A stretch of DNA of 64,000 nucleotides from Escherichia coli (GCF_016026235.1 NZ_CP065613.1); one strand, 5' to 3'; positions 43,802 through 55,720 are shown, counted from the first letter of the stretch. The notes: generated by a model from the letters alone, not told the origin. Numbers and translations: made by a program.

Positions 43802-45037
43802 TTATTTCTGCCAGGCAAGTTGATAAAGCATGAGTGCCAACGTTTTGACCCCTTCGGCAAGGTCGGTAATATTGGTGCGTTCCGCCGGGTTATGGCTGAT
43901 CCCGTTGATGCTGGGGATAAAAATCATGCAGGTTGGTACGCGAGGCGCGAAAATTTGCGCGTCGTGCCCGGCACCACTGTGCATCACCCGGTAATTCAGT
44001 TTTTCACTTTCACACAATTCTGTCAGGGTGGCGACCAGGTCCTTATTCATCGGCACGGGTTCTTCGTCCATCCATAAATCGATATCAATACCAATGTCCA
44101 TTTCATCGCAAATCGCCCGCATGTCGTTTTCTAACTGTTGGGTGAAATCATGCAGCACGGCGGCGTCGGTATGACGACAATCAATGGTGAACGTGGTTTT
44201 ACCCGGCACCACATTCACCGTATTCGGGCGCGGCTCTACTTTCCCAAAGGTCAGAACCAGCGGATCGCCCATCTTTTTCGCTTTTTCGATCGATTGATGG
44301 CAAATGCGACTGAAAGCGTAAACCGTATCACGACGATAACCCATCGGCGTGGTGCCTGCATGGTTTGATTCGCCGTTCAGCGTCACCGTATAGCGACGTT
44401 GCCCGACAATTGCATTCACCACGCCAATTGATTGCCCATTACTTTCCAGCACACAGCCCTGTTCGATATGCAGTTCGACAAAGGCTTTAATATCCTGACG
44501 CGGAGTTAGCGGGGCGTCCGGCAGAGTAAATCCGCAAGCCTTCATCGCATCGACAAAACTATTTCCTTTGGCATCACAGATATTCCGCACGTCGTCAGGA
44601 TTCGCCAGTCCAAAGATATTTTTACTGCCCCAGAAAACATACGGGAAGCGGCTGCCTTCTTCTTCCGCCATCGCCACCACTTCAACCGTACGCAGCGGTG
44701 CGCCGTATTGAGTTTTCAGCCAGTCAATTGCCAGCCACGCCGCCAGCGCGCCGAATTGCCCGTCGAGGTTACCGCCGTTAACCACGGTATCGATATGCGA
44801 ACCGCTCAGAACCACTTCCTGTGGATATTCGGTGCCATTCAGGCGACCGTATAAATTCCCCACTTCATCGAAACGTGTTTCCAGCCCGCTTGCTGCCATT
44901 CTTTTTTTAAATTGCTGCTGGGTTTCCAGCCATTCCGGCGAATAAAGTAAACGGGTCATCCCACCCGTTGGGTCAGCGCCAAATGAGGAAAGCCAGGGCA
45001 GCGCTTCTTCTATGGCTTGACGAAAATGTGTAATCAT
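43802..45037 (-). CDS. allC: Allantoate amidohydrolase (M20 peptidase family)
   Basis: 411-aa ORF from the ATG at 45037 (AGGA RBS); the track start at 45055 is an upstream TTG. Confidence 0.9.
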   Translation of the reverse strand: MITHFRQAIEEALPWLSSFGADPTGGMTRLLYSPEWLETQQQFKKRMAASGLETRFDEVGNLYGRLNGTEYPQEVVLSGSHIDTVVNGGNLDGQFGALAAWLAIDWLKTQYGAPLRTVEVVAMAEEEGSRFPYVFWGSKNIFGLANPDDVRNICDAKGNSFVDAMKACGFTLPDAPLTPRQDIKAFVELHIEQGCVLESNGQSIGVVNAIVGQRRYTVTLNGESNHAGTTPMGYRRDTVYAFSRICHQSIEKAKKMGDPLVLTFGKVEPRPNTVNVVPGKTTFTIDCRHTDAAVLHDFTQQLENDMRAICDEMDIGIDIDLWMDEEPVPMNKDLVATLTELCESEKLNYRVMHSGAGHDAQIFAPRVPTCMIFIPSINGISHNPAERTNITDLAEGVKTLALMLYQLAWQK

Positions 45038-45058
45038 AAGAAAGTCCTGTCTCAATAA

Positions 45059-46108
45059 TTATTGCGCAAAGGGATTTTTCGTTTCGTATGACGTGTTATA
45101 AAGCGCGTCGGAAATTAAATACTGGTAAATATCATCAACAATTTCGATGCCTTCGACGGCGGCTTTGCGTTGTTTAATATCCTGATCCTGTCCGGGATAA
45201 TAAACCTGATTAAAACCGGGCGCGGGGGTAATGGCATTTAATTCGCGCATGGTCTGGCTAAGATGTTGACGGAATAATTCGCTGGAGGAGAAAAAGTTCG
45301 GGTTAATAACTACATGTAATTGCCCCAAATTACGCCCGGCGTGTAAATCGTCATACATCGAACTAACCTGTCGCCCGAACGGTAAGCCGAGTAAGACGCC
45401 TGAGAGGACGTCAATCATCATCATCAGGCCATACCCTTTCGGCCCGGCTGCGGGGAGCAGAGCATGTACCGCGAACGGATCGGTTGTTGGTGCACCGTTT
45501 TTATCGACCGCCCAGGTATCCGGGATAGACATATTACGCGAGCGGGCGTCGAGCACTTTTCCCCATGCCTGTACGGTAGTCGCCATATCAAAGGTAAGGA
45601 TCTCGTCGCCTTCTCCCGGCGCGGCAAAGGCCAGTGGGTTAGTACCGTAGTAAATTTCCGCGCCGCCAAACGGCACCACCATTGGATCGGACTGGCACAT
45701 CGAAATGCCAATTAATCCGGCGCGGGCTGCCTGCTGCACAAAATAAGAGATTGCGCCGCTGTGACCCATCCGGCTGATACCGACCACCGCAACGCCATTT
45801 TGCTGGGCGGTTTCGATGGCATGTTCCATACCCATTTTCGCCGCGACCTGTCCGGCGGCATTGTCGGCATGTAAAATTGCCGAGCACGGCCCGGTTTCCT
45901 CAAGACGAAACTCCGGTTCGCGGTTGGTGCCGCCTTTTGAAATGCGTTCCGCGTAGTATTCCACGCGCACCGCGCCATGAGAGTGGATCCCTCTGGCATC
46001 GGCGTAAACCAATACTTCAGCCACGGTTGCAGCGTGCTCACGTTTTAACCCAGCCTGGCAGAGTTTATTCTCAATTAGCTGGTGGAGTGTTTCCCGACTG
46101 ATTTTCAT
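45059..46108 (-). CDS. allD: Ureidoglycolate dehydrogenase
   Basis: 349-aa ORF (Ldh2/malate-sulfolactate dehydrogenase family). Confidence 0.9.
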   Translation of the reverse strand: MKISRETLHQLIENKLCQAGLKREHAATVAEVLVYADARGIHSHGAVRVEYYAERISKGGTNREPEFRLEETGPCSAILHADNAAGQVAAKMGMEHAIETAQQNGVAVVGISRMGHSGAISYFVQQAARAGLIGISMCQSDPMVVPFGGAEIYYGTNPLAFAAPGEGDEILTFDMATTVQAWGKVLDARSRNMSIPDTWAVDKNGAPTTDPFAVHALLPAAGPKGYGLMMMIDVLSGVLLGLPFGRQVSSMYDDLHAGRNLGQLHVVINPNFFSSSELFRQHLSQTMRELNAITPAPGFNQVYYPGQDQDIKQRKAAVEGIEIVDDIYQYLISDALYNTSYETKNPFAQ

Positions 46109-46167
46109 CTGTCTTCCTTTTTAACGACGGTGTGAAGCATGACTGCAATTAACATACAGGGAAAATA

Positions 46168-46187
46168 TCTGGATTATGTGATCCAGA
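46168..46187. promoter_or_regulatory. Perfect palindrome TCTGGAT-N6-ATCCAGA in the allD-fdrA divergent intergenic region
   Basis: 7-bp arms with a 6-bp spacer, about 60 bp upstream of the allD start; candidate operator, for example for the LysR-type activator AllS. Confidence 0.4.
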
Positions 46188-46424
46188 CAGGCAAAAAAAT
46201 ATAGTTAGAATTTATTTGATAATCTTCGCGCTTTTAACCTGGTTTTTAAAACAACCATGCTTATTAAAAAATAACGCGTAATAGTCTGGCGGTTATTTGA
46301 ATTCTTTTGTTAATAATCCCTGTGTGATATTCATCACCTTATTTACCCGTTGTCATCGATACCGTAATCGCCACATTAACACTGCTCGTGCAATTGCCAT
46401 GGGTGCAATTTTTAAGGAGTTGTT

Positions 46425-48092
46425 ATGATCCACGCCTTTATTAAAAAAGGGTGTTTTCAGGATTCGGTCAGTTTAATGATTATTTCACGAAAACTCAGCG
46501 AATCAGAAAATGTTGATGATGTTTCCGTAATGATGGGTACGCCCGCCAATAAAGCGTTATTAGATACCACAGGTTTCTGGCATGACGATTTTAATAACGC
46601 CACGCCGAACGATATTTGCGTGGCAATTCGTAGCGAAGCGGCGGATGTGGGGATCGCGCAGGCGATTATGCAGCAGCTTGAAGAGGCGCTAAAACAACTG
46701 GCGCAGGGGTCAGGCAGCAGCCAGTCCTTGACGCAGGTGCGTCGCTGGGACAGTGTCTGTCAGAAATTACCCGATGCCAATCTGGCGCTGATTTCAGTGG
46801 CTGGCGAGTATGCGGCGGAGCTGGCGAATCAGGCGCTGGATCGCAACCTCAACGTGATGATGTTCTCCGATAACGTCACGCTGAAAGATGAAATCCAACT
46901 TAAAACCCGCGCGCGAGAAAAAGGCTTGCTGGTGATGGGGCCGGACTGCGGTACGTCGATGATTGCCGGCACGCCGCTGGCTTTTGCTAACGTGATGCCG
47001 GAAGGCAATATTGGCGTCATTGGCGCTTCCGGTACCGGGATTCAGGAGCTGTGCTCGCAGATTGCGCTGGCAGGGGAGGGAATTACTCACGCGATTGGCC
47101 TTGGCGGCCGCGACCTCAGCCGTGAAGTGGGCGGCATCAGTGCGCTAACAGCGCTGGAAATGCTCAGTGCAGACGAGAAAAGCGAAGTGCTGGCATTTGT
47201 TTCAAAACCACCTGCCGATGCTGTGCGTCTGAAAATTGTTAATGCCATGAAAGCAACCGGCAAACCGACGGTGGCGCTGTTTTTAGGTTATACCCCGGCG
47301 GTGGCCCGTGACGAGAATGTCTGGTTTGCCTCCTCGCTGGATGAGGCCGCACGCCTGGCTTGCCTGCTTTCACGCGTTACGGCGCGACGTAACGCGATAA
47401 CGCCAGCCAGCAGCGGATTTATTTGCGGTTTGTATACCGGCGGTACGCTGGCTGCCGAAGCGGCGGGATTACTTGCCGGACACCTTGGCGTGGAAGCCGA
47501 TGATGCCCATCATCACGGCATGATGCTCGACGCCGATGGTCACCAGATTATTGACCTCGGCGATGATTTCTACACAGTCGGGCGTCCCCATCCGATGATC
47601 GACCCAACCTTACGCAACCAGTTAATTGCCGATCTCGGCGCTAAACCGCAAGTGCGTGTGCTGCTGCTTGATGTCGTGATTGGCTTCGGTGCGACTGCCG
47701 ATCCTGCCGCCTCGCTGGTAAGCGCCTGGCAAAAAGCCTGTGCTGCGCGTTCAGACAATCAACCACTGTATGCCATTGCCACGGTGACAGGCACTGAACG
47801 TGACCCGCAATGCCGCTCGCAGCAAATCGCCACGCTGGAAGATGCGGGGATTGCGGTCGTGAGTTCGCTACCGGAAGCCACCTTGCTGGCGGCAGCGTTA
47901 ATTCATCCGCTCTCACCTGCCGCACAGCAACACACACCGTCATTACTGGAAAACGTCGCCGTGATTAACATCGGATTACGCAGTTTTGCGCTGGAGCTAC
48001 AAAGCGCCAGCAAACCGGTTGTGCATTACCAATGGTCGCCAGTCGCCGGCGGCAATAAAAAACTGGCTCGTTTATTAGAACGTTTGCAATAA
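46425..48092 (+). CDS. fdrA: FdrA (CoA-binding / succinyl-CoA synthetase alpha-like domain protein)
   Basis: 555-aa ORF recognised as FdrA. Confidence 0.85.
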   Translation: MIHAFIKKGCFQDSVSLMIISRKLSESENVDDVSVMMGTPANKALLDTTGFWHDDFNNATPNDICVAIRSEAADVGIAQAIMQQLEEALKQLAQGSGSSQSLTQVRRWDSVCQKLPDANLALISVAGEYAAELANQALDRNLNVMMFSDNVTLKDEIQLKTRAREKGLLVMGPDCGTSMIAGTPLAFANVMPEGNIGVIGASGTGIQELCSQIALAGEGITHAIGLGGRDLSREVGGISALTALEMLSADEKSEVLAFVSKPPADAVRLKIVNAMKATGKPTVALFLGYTPAVARDENVWFASSLDEAARLACLLSRVTARRNAITPASSGFICGLYTGGTLAAEAAGLLAGHLGVEADDAHHHGMMLDADGHQIIDLGDDFYTVGRPHPMIDPTLRNQLIADLGAKPQVRVLLLDVVIGFGATADPAASLVSAWQKACAARSDNQPLYAIATVTGTERDPQCRSQQIATLEDAGIAVVSSLPEATLLAAALIHPLSPAAQQHTPSLLENVAVINIGLRSFALELQSASKPVVHYQWSPVAGGNKKLARLLERLQ

Positions 48093-48101
48093 GGGGTTCC
48101 C

Positions 48102-49361
48102 ATGTTTACATCAGTGGCGCAAGCCAATGCTGCGGTTATCGAACAAATTCGTCGCGCTCGTCCACACTGGCTGGATGTGCAACTGGCTTCTTCACTTATC
48201 AGCGAACTACACCCGGGCAAAACACTGCTTCACGCCGGGCCGCCAATGCGCTGGCAGGAGATGACCGGACCCATGAAAGGGGCGTGCGTGGGCGCATGTC
48301 TGTTCGAAGGTTGGGCGAAAGATGAAGCGCAGGCGCTGGCAATACTGGAGCAGGGGGAAGTGAACTTCATTCCTTGTCACCATGTGAATGCCGTCGGGCC
48401 AATGGGCGGTATTACTTCTGCCAGTATGCCGATGCTGGTGGTCGAGAACGTGACCGACGGCAACCGGGCGTACTGCAACCTCAACGAAGGTATCGGCAAA
48501 GTGATGCGTTTTGGCGCTTACGGCGAAGATGTCCTGACTCGCCATCGCTGGATGCGCGATGTGTTAATGCCAGTATTAAGCGCGGCGCTGGGGCGCATGG
48601 AGCACGGTATCGATCTCACGGCGATGATGGCGCAGGGCATTACCATGGGCGATGAGTTCCATCAACGCAATATTGCTTCCTCAGCACTGTTAATGCGTGC
48701 GCTGGCCCCACAAATTGCTCGCCTCGATCATGATAAACAGCACATCGCGGAAGTGATGGATTTCCTCAGCGTGACCGATCAGTTCTTCCTCAACCTTGCG
48801 ATGGCTTACTGCAAGGCGGCGATGGATGCTGGCGCGATGATCCGCGCAGGCAGCATCGTCACGGCTATGACCCGCAACGGCAATATGTTCGGGATTCGGG
48901 TAAGCGGGCTGGGCGATCGCTGGTTTACTGCGCCTGTAAACACTCCGCAAGGTCTGTTTTTCACCGGCTTCTCGCAGGAGCAGGCGAACCCGGATATGGG
49001 CGATAGCGCGATTACCGAAACCTTTGGTATCGGAGGTGCGGCAATGATCGCAGCGCCTGGCGTAACGCGCTTTGTCGGTGCGGGTGGCATGGAAGCCGCC
49101 AGAACGGTATCTGAAGAGATGGCGGAAATTTACCTTGAACGCAATATGCAGTTGCAGATCCCTGGCTGGGATTTCCAGGGCGCGTGCCTGGGGCTGGACA
49201 TTCGTCGCGTGGTAGAAACCGGCATTACGCCACTCATCAATACCGGTATCGCCCATAAAGAGGCGGGGATCGGGCAGATTGGCGCAGGCACCGTGCGGGC
49301 ACCGCTGGCGTGTTTTGAACAGGCCCTGGAAGCACTGGCTGAAAGTATGGGGATTGGTTGA
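48102..49361 (+). CDS. ylbE: DUF1116-family protein YlbE (intact)
   Basis: Uninterrupted 419-aa ORF 9 bp after fdrA. Confidence 0.85.
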   Translation: MFTSVAQANAAVIEQIRRARPHWLDVQLASSLISELHPGKTLLHAGPPMRWQEMTGPMKGACVGACLFEGWAKDEAQALAILEQGEVNFIPCHHVNAVGPMGGITSASMPMLVVENVTDGNRAYCNLNEGIGKVMRFGAYGEDVLTRHRWMRDVLMPVLSAALGRMEHGIDLTAMMAQGITMGDEFHQRNIASSALLMRALAPQIARLDHDKQHIAEVMDFLSVTDQFFLNLAMAYCKAAMDAGAMIRAGSIVTAMTRNGNMFGIRVSGLGDRWFTAPVNTPQGLFFTGFSQEQANPDMGDSAITETFGIGGAAMIAAPGVTRFVGAGGMEAARTVSEEMAEIYLERNMQLQIPGWDFQGACLGLDIRRVVETGITPLINTGIAHKEAGIGQIGAGTVRAPLACFEQALEALAESMGIG

Positions 49362-49371
49362 GGAACGCACA

Positions 49372-50187
49372 ATGACGATCATCCATCCTCTGCTTGCCAG
49401 TAGTAGCGCACCGAATTATCGCCAGTTCTGGCGGTTAGCGGGAGTGTGGCGGCGGGCGATTAACCTGATGACGGAAAGCGGCGAACTGTTAACGCTGCAT
49501 CGTCAGGGTAGTGGTTTCGGCCCCGGAGGATGGGTGCTTCGCCGCGCGCAATTCGATGCGTTATGCGGTGGATTATGCGGCAATGAACGACCACAGGTTG
49601 TGGCTCAAGGGATTCGCCTCGGACGTTTCACGGTTAAACAGCCACAGCGTTATTGTTTGCTGCGTATTACGCCGCCTGCGCATCCTCAACCGCTTGCAGC
49701 TGCATGGATGCAACGCGCGGAGGAAACCGGGCTTTTCGGGCCACTGGCGTTGGCGGCAAGCGATCCGCTGCCCGCTGAATTACGCCAGTTTCGTCACTGT
49801 TTTCAGGCCGCGCTCAATGGCGTTAAGACCGACTGGCGGCACTGGCTGGGTAAAGGCCCCGGATTAACGCCAAGTCATGATGACACGCTGAGCGGAATGC
49901 TGCTGGCGGCCTGGTATTATGGTGCTTTAGATGCGCACTCCGGTCGTCCGTTTTTTGCCTGTTCCGACAATCTTCAACTCGTTACCACAGCGGTGAGCGT
50001 CAGTTATTTACGTTATGCCGCGCAAGGATATTTCGCCTCGCCACTCCTGCATTTTGCTCATGCTCTGAGTTGCCCGAAACGTACCGCTGTTGCGATTGAT
50101 TCGCTGCTGGCGCTGGGGCATACGTCAGGGGCAGATACGCTGCTGGGGTTCTGGCTTGGTCAACAATTATTACAAGGAAAACCATGA
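49372..50187 (+). CDS. ylbF: YlbF (DUF2877-type) protein
   Basis: 271-aa ORF from MTIIHPLL (GAGGAA RBS); the track start at 49279 is an upstream extension overlapping ylbE. Confidence 0.85.
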   Translation: MTIIHPLLASSSAPNYRQFWRLAGVWRRAINLMTESGELLTLHRQGSGFGPGGWVLRRAQFDALCGGLCGNERPQVVAQGIRLGRFTVKQPQRYCLLRITPPAHPQPLAAAWMQRAEETGLFGPLALAASDPLPAELRQFRHCFQAALNGVKTDWRHWLGKGPGLTPSHDDTLSGMLLAAWYYGALDAHSGRPFFACSDNLQLVTTAVSVSYLRYAAQGYFASPLLHFAHALSCPKRTAVAIDSLLALGHTSGADTLLGFWLGQQLLQGKP

Positions 50188-51077
50188 AAACACTGGTTGT
50201 AGCTCTTGGGGGCAACGCCTTACTCCAGCGCGGTGAGGCGCTGACGGCGGAAAATCAATATCGCAATATCGCCAGTGCTGTCCCCGCGCTGGCGCGCCTG
50301 GCCCGTTCTTATCGGCTGGCGATTGTTCACGGCAACGGGCCGCAGGTGGGGCTGCTGGCATTACAGAATCTGGCGTGGAAAGAGGTAGAACCGTATCCGC
50401 TGGATGTGCTGGTAGCGGAAAGTCAGGGGATGATTGGCTATATGCTGGCGCAGAGTTTGAGCGCACAGCCGCAGATGCCGCCTGTCACGACGGTGCTGAC
50501 GCGCATTGAAGTTTCGCCTGATGATCCGGCGTTTTTGCAGCCAGAGAAGTTTATCGGTCCGGTTTATCAGCCAGAAGAACAAGAGACACTAGAAGCGGCT
50601 TACGGCTGGCAGATGAAACGTGATGGTAAATATTTACGCCGGGTGGTGGCGTCTCCGCAACCGCGTAAAATTCTCGACAGCGAAGCCATCGAGTTGTTGC
50701 TCAAAGAGGGGCATGTGGTGTTTTGCAGTGGCGGCGGCGGTGTGCCTGTGACGGATGACGGAGCAGGGAGTGAAGCAGTGATTGATAAAGATCTCGCCGC
50801 TGCGTTGCTCGCCGAGCAGATTAATGCCGATGGACTGGTGATCCTCACCGATGCTGATGCGGTATATGAAAACTGGGGAACGCCGCAGCAACGTGCCATT
50901 CGCCATGCCACACCGGATGAGTTAGCGCCATTTGCCAAAGCCGATGGTTCGATGGGGCCGAAGGTAACGGCGGTGAGTGGTTATGTCAGAAGCCGTGGTA
51001 AACCCGCGTGGATTGGGGCGTTATCGCGAATTGAAGAGACGCTGGCGGGCGAAGCGGGGACCTGTATTTCGCTGTAG
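50184..51077 (+). CDS. ybcF: Carbamate kinase-like protein
   Basis: 297-aa ORF of the amino-acid kinase family; overlaps the ylbF stop by 4 bp. Confidence 0.88.
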   Translation: MKTLVVALGGNALLQRGEALTAENQYRNIASAVPALARLARSYRLAIVHGNGPQVGLLALQNLAWKEVEPYPLDVLVAESQGMIGYMLAQSLSAQPQMPPVTTVLTRIEVSPDDPAFLQPEKFIGPVYQPEEQETLEAAYGWQMKRDGKYLRRVVASPQPRKILDSEAIELLLKEGHVVFCSGGGGVPVTDDGAGSEAVIDKDLAAALLAEQINADGLVILTDADAVYENWGTPQQRAIRHATPDELAPFAKADGSMGPKVTAVSGYVRSRGKPAWIGALSRIEETLAGEAGTCISL

Positions 51078-51085
51078 TGATGAGA

Positions 51086-51198
51086 GCATCCGGCAATCGG
51101 CGCACCATGCCTGATGCGACGCTTGACGCGTCTTATCAGGCCTACAATGGGTACCGGATCGGTGTAGGCCGGATAAGGCGTTCACGCCGCATCCGGCA
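51086..51198. repeat. REP/BIME units between convergent ybcF and purK
   Basis: gcctgatgcgacgcttgacgcgtcttatcaggcctac and gtaggccggataaggcgttcacgccgcatccggca. Confidence 0.9.
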
Positions 51199-51215
51199 AT
51201 CAAATGAGCACCAGG

Positions 51216-52283
51216 TTAACTGAACTTACTCTGTGCCCACATCACGCCGCTGGCATACTCCGGCGGCAGCAGCGGGATTAAGGCTTCCAGCGTCGCGGAC
51301 AGACGCGATGTGTCGCTGTCGGTCAAATTCAGATGCCCCACTTTACGGCCCGGACGGACTTCTTTGTCGTACCAGTGCAGATGCACCAGCGGCAGTTTCA
51401 GCCAGTCATAATTCACATCGCTACCAATCAGATTGATCATCACCGACGGATTATTCACCACTGGTTGCGGTAACGGCAGATCGGTAATCGCCCGCAGATG
51501 TAGCTCAAACTGGCTGATGCTGGCACCGTTTTGTGTCCAGTGACCGCTGTTATGCACACGCGGTGCCAGTTCGTTGATCAACAGACCTTGCGGGGTGACA
51601 AAACACTCCATTGCCATCACGCCTACATAGCCCAGCTCCTGCATAATCGCCGAAAGCATCTCTTCGGCTTGCGCTTGCTGCTGCGCATTGGCCTGCGGGA
51701 AAGCGACGCTGGTGCGCAAAATACCGTCCTGATGCAGGTTATGCGTCAGCGGATAAAACACGGTGCTGCCATCAAAGCCGCGCGCGCCAACCAGCGACAC
51801 TTCACCAGAGAAGTTTATGCCCTGCTCGACAATACATTCGCCGTAGCATTCAGCCGGTAACTGTTCGGTTTCATCGGCGCGTAAACGCCATTGACCGCGT
51901 CCGTCATAGCCACCAGTGCGACGCTTAACAATCGCCAGCTCACCTAAACGATCAAACACCGCAGGCCACTCGCTGCGTTCGGCAAGTAACTGCCACGGTG
52001 CAGTCGGCAGGTGGAGCTTATCGAAAAGCTGCTTCTGAGTCAGACGGTCAGCAATAATCGGGAACACATCGCGGTTCACAAAGGCCGGATGGCGCGCCAG
52101 CTCGCGGGTTAATGCGGTTTCCGGCCAGCGTTCGATCTCAGCGGTAATCACGCTTTGTTGAAAAGGCACCGCCGCCGGTTCAGCGTCCAGCCCGACCGGC
52201 CAGACAGCAATGCCTAACGGTTCGCCGGCCTGGCGCAACATACGGCCTAACTGCCCGTTCCCGAGGACGCAAACCTGTTTCAT
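51216..52283 (-). CDS. purK: N5-carboxyaminoimidazole ribonucleotide synthase
   Basis: 355-aa ATP-grasp ORF recognised as PurK. Confidence 0.95.
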   Translation of the reverse strand: MKQVCVLGNGQLGRMLRQAGEPLGIAVWPVGLDAEPAAVPFQQSVITAEIERWPETALTRELARHPAFVNRDVFPIIADRLTQKQLFDKLHLPTAPWQLLAERSEWPAVFDRLGELAIVKRRTGGYDGRGQWRLRADETEQLPAECYGECIVEQGINFSGEVSLVGARGFDGSTVFYPLTHNLHQDGILRTSVAFPQANAQQQAQAEEMLSAIMQELGYVGVMAMECFVTPQGLLINELAPRVHNSGHWTQNGASISQFELHLRAITDLPLPQPVVNNPSVMINLIGSDVNYDWLKLPLVHLHWYDKEVRPGRKVGHLNLTDSDTSRLSATLEALIPLLPPEYASGVMWAQSKFS

Positions 52284-52789
52284 GCCGCACCTCGCGGGTC
52301 CGGGTTTTCCAGCACTTCGTCGGTCTGGGCTTTGCGCCAGTCATTCAGACGCTGGTGCAGTTCTTTATCATGAGTCGCAAGAATTTGTGCTGCCAGTAAC
52401 GCCGCGTTTGCCGCGCCAGCTTTACCAATCGCCAGCGTACCCACCGGAATGCCACGCGGCATTTGTACGATAGAGTAGAGGCTATCGACACCGCTCAGTG
52501 CGGCGCTCTGTACTGGCACGCCCAGCACTGGCACCAGCGTTTTGGCGGCAATCATGCCTGGCAGGTGCGCTGCGCCGCCTGCGCCCGCAATAATCACCTG
52601 ATAACCGTTCTCTTCGGCGCTTTCGGCGAAGCTGAACAGTTTATCGGGGGTGCGGTGAGCAGAAACCACTTCAACGTGGTGCGGGACATTCAGGATTTCG
52701 AAGATTTCGGCGGCGAACTGCATGGTAGCCCAGTCGCTTTTGGACCCCATCACGATGGCGACACGCGCCGGATTATTGCGGGAAGACAT
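52280..52789 (-). CDS. purE: N5-CAIR mutase
   Basis: 169-aa ORF from [16 protein letters not shown]; overlaps the purK start by 4 bp. Confidence 0.95.
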   Translation of the reverse strand: MSSRNNPARVAIVMGSKSDWATMQFAAEIFEILNVPHHVEVVSAHRTPDKLFSFAESAEENGYQVIIAGAGGAAHLPGMIAAKTLVPVLGVPVQSAALSGVDSLYSIVQMPRGIPVGTLAIGKAGAANAALLAAQILATHDKELHQRLNDWRKAQTDEVLENPDPRGAA

Positions 52790-52860
52790 GCGTCTTAAAA
52801 CTCCTGTGGTGCACAACTCTCGGCTTTAGAGGGCACAGAGAATAGCACGGAAAGAGAGCA

Positions 52861-52876
52861 AGGAAAACGGTTGCGT
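52861..52876 (-). promoter_or_regulatory. PurR box (ACGCAACCGTTTTCCT on the coding strand) upstream of purEK
   Basis: Close match to the pur-operator consensus ACGCAAACGTTTTCGT, about 72-87 nt upstream of the purE start. Confidence 0.65.
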
Positions 52877-52906
52877 GGCTGTGAAATCAGCAAAGTTGCG
52901 GGTTTT

Positions 52907-53629
52907 TTAAAACGGAAAATGAATTAGCTCAACGTCATCCGCCGTGACTTTCACCATCGAACCTTCCGTATGCCAGGCACCCAGTACCACGCGAAAAGCA
53001 GGTTGCTGATTGGCGATAAGTTCATGCACCGCCGGGCGATGGGTATGCCCGTGGATCAGCCATTGCACCTGATGTTTTTCCATCGCACTGACTACCGCGT
53101 TTTGGTTAACGTCCATGATCGCCAGCGATTTACTGCTGTTGGCTTCTTTACTGTTCGCGCGCATTCGCGCGGCAATGCGTTTGCGCATAAACAACGGCAG
53201 AGCGAGGAATAGCGTTTGCAGCCAGGGTTTGTGGACTTTGGTGCGAAAAGCCTGATAACCCGCGTCATCGGTGCACAGCGTGTCGCCATGCATAATCAAC
53301 ACCCGACGACCATAAAGTTCGAGCACCTTTTCTTCCGGCAATAACGTCATGCCGCTTTCACGGGCAAAGCGTTTGCCGAGCAGAAAATCACGGTTGCCAT
53401 GAATGAAATAACAGGGAACGCCGGAATCGGACACCGCTTTGATCGCTGCCGCCATCTGGCGATGGAGTGGGTTGGGATCGTCGTCGCCAATCCACGCTTC
53501 AAACAGATCGCCAAGAATATACAGCGCGTCGGCCTTGCGAGCTTCCCCCGCTAAAAAACGCAGAAAACCGGCGGTGATCGCCGGTTCTTCCACGCAGAGA
53601 TGAAGATCTGCAATAAAGAGTGTCGCCAC
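52907..53629 (-). CDS. lpxH: UDP-2,3-diacylglucosamine pyrophosphatase
   Basis: 240-aa calcineurin-like metallophosphatase ORF. Confidence 0.93.
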   Translation of the reverse strand: MATLFIADLHLCVEEPAITAGFLRFLAGEARKADALYILGDLFEAWIGDDDPNPLHRQMAAAIKAVSDSGVPCYFIHGNRDFLLGKRFARESGMTLLPEEKVLELYGRRVLIMHGDTLCTDDAGYQAFRTKVHKPWLQTLFLALPLFMRKRIAARMRANSKEANSSKSLAIMDVNQNAVVSAMEKHQVQWLIHGHTHRPAVHELIANQQPAFRVVLGAWHTEGSMVKVTADDVELIHFPF

Positions 53630-53631
53630 GA

Positions 53632-54126
53632 TTACTCGCTAACGGTCACGCTTTCAATGATAACGTCTTCTTTTGGCACGTCCTGGTGCATACCGCTACG
53701 ACCGGTTGCAACACCTTTGATTTTGTCTACCACGTCCATGCCTTCAACCACTTCAGCAAACACGCAGTAGCCCCAACCTTGCAGGCTTTCGCCAGAGAAG
53801 TTCAGGAAGTCGTTATCAACCACGTTGATGAAGAACTGTGCAGTTGCAGAGTGCGGAGCCTGAGTACGGGCCATTGCCAGCGTACCACGGGTATTTTTCA
53901 GGCCGTTGTTGGCTTCGTTTTTGATCGGTTCTTTGGTGGCTTTTTGTTTCATGCCCGGTTCAAAACCGCCGCCCTGAATCATAAAGCCGTTGATAACACG
54001 GTGGAAAATGGTGTTGTTGTAAAAACCTTCGCGGCAGTAGTCCAGGAAGTTTTTAACTGTTTCAGGTGCTTTATCGTCAAAAGTTTTGATGACAATATCG
54101 CCGTGATTGGTGTGGAAAGTAACCAT
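53632..54126 (-). CDS. ppiB: Peptidyl-prolyl cis-trans isomerase B (cyclophilin)
   Basis: 164-aa cyclophilin ORF. Confidence 0.95.
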   Translation of the reverse strand: MVTFHTNHGDIVIKTFDDKAPETVKNFLDYCREGFYNNTIFHRVINGFMIQGGGFEPGMKQKATKEPIKNEANNGLKNTRGTLAMARTQAPHSATAQFFINVVDNDFLNFSGESLQGWGYCVFAEVVEGMDVVDKIKGVATGRSGMHQDVPKEDVIIESVTVSE

Positions 54127-54299
54127 TTTTGCATCCTGTTCCGTTTGATTGGTGCTTCAACCCGGTTCGGGTCATATATAGGGTGGTGTTATAGCATAAC
54201 CGCACGATCGGATCATCACGCAATGTATGCTGATTCGCGCGGGAAATATGGGTATTATACGCAACTCAATTACCCACACATGTATAAACGGAATCTTCG

Positions 54300-55685
54300 A
54301 TGCTAAAAATCTTCAATACTCTGACACGCCAAAAAGAGGAATTTAAGCCTATTCACGCCGGGGAAGTCGGCATGTACGTGTGTGGAATCACCGTTTACGA
54401 TCTCTGTCATATCGGTCACGGGCGTACCTTTGTTGCTTTTGACGTGGTTGCGCGCTATCTGCGTTTCCTCGGCTATAAGCTGAAGTATGTGCGCAACATT
54501 ACCGATATCGACGACAAAATCATCAAACGCGCCAATGAAAATGGCGAAAGCTTTGTGGCGCTGGTGGATCGCATGATCGCCGAAATGCACAAAGATTTTG
54601 ATGCGTTGAACATTCTGCGCCCGGATATGGAGCCGCGCGCGACGCACCATATCGCAGAAATTATTGAACTCACTGAACAACTGATCGCCAAAGGTCACGC
54701 TTATGTGGCGGACAACGGCGACGTGATGTTCGACGTCCCGACCGATCCAACTTATGGCGTGCTGTCGCGTCAGGATCTCGACCAGTTGCAGGCTGGCGCG
54801 CGCGTTGACGTGGTTGATGACAAACGCAACCCGATGGACTTCGTTCTGTGGAAGATGTCGAAAGAGGGCGAACCGAGCTGGCCGTCTCCGTGGGGCGCGG
54901 GTCGTCCTGGCTGGCACATTGAATGTTCGGCAATGAACTGCAAGCAGCTGGGTAACCACTTTGATATCCACGGCGGCGGTTCTGACCTGATGTTCCCGCA
55001 CCACGAGAATGAAATCGCGCAGTCCACCTGTGCCCATGATGGTCAGTATGTGAACTACTGGATGCACTCCGGGATGGTGATGGTTGATCGCGAGAAGATG
55101 TCCAAATCGCTGGGTAACTTCTTCACCGTGCGTGATGTGCTGAAATACTACGACGCGGAAACCGTGCGTTACTTCCTGATGTCGGGCCACTATCGCAGCC
55201 AGCTGAACTATAGCGAAGAGAACCTGAAGCAGGCGCGTGCGGCGCTGGAGCGTCTCTACACTGCGCTGCGCGGCACAGATAAAACCGTTGCGCCTGCCGG
55301 TGGCGAAGCGTTTGAAGCGCGCTTTATTGAAGCGATGGACGACGATTTCAACACCCCGGAAGCCTATTCCGTGCTGTTTGATATGGCGCGTGAAGTGAAC
55401 CGTCTGAAAGCAGAAGATATGGCAGCGGCGAATGCAATGGCATCTCACCTGCGTAAACTTTCCGCTGTATTGGGCCTGCTGGAGCAAGAACCGGAAGCGT
55501 TCCTGCAAAGCGGCGCGCAGGCAGATGACAGCGAAGTGGCTGAGATTGAAGCGTTAATTCAACAGCGTCTGGATGCCCGTAAAGCGAAAGACTGGGCGGC
55601 GGCAGATGCGGCGCGTGACCGTCTTAACGAGATGGGGATCGTGCTGGAAGATGGCCCGCAAGGGACCACCTGGCGTCGTAAGTAA
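54300..55685 (+). CDS. cysS: Cysteine--tRNA ligase
   Basis: 461-aa class I aaRS ORF with HIGH and KMSKS motifs. Confidence 0.97.
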
Positions 55686-55696
55686 TTGCGCTGTTG

Positions 55697-55720
55697 CCGG
55701 ATGCGAGTTTTCGCATCCGG
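55697..55720. terminator. Palindromic hairpin between convergent cysS and ybcI
   Basis: 9-bp stem ccggatgcg / cgcatccgg with loop agtttt. Confidence 0.55.
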
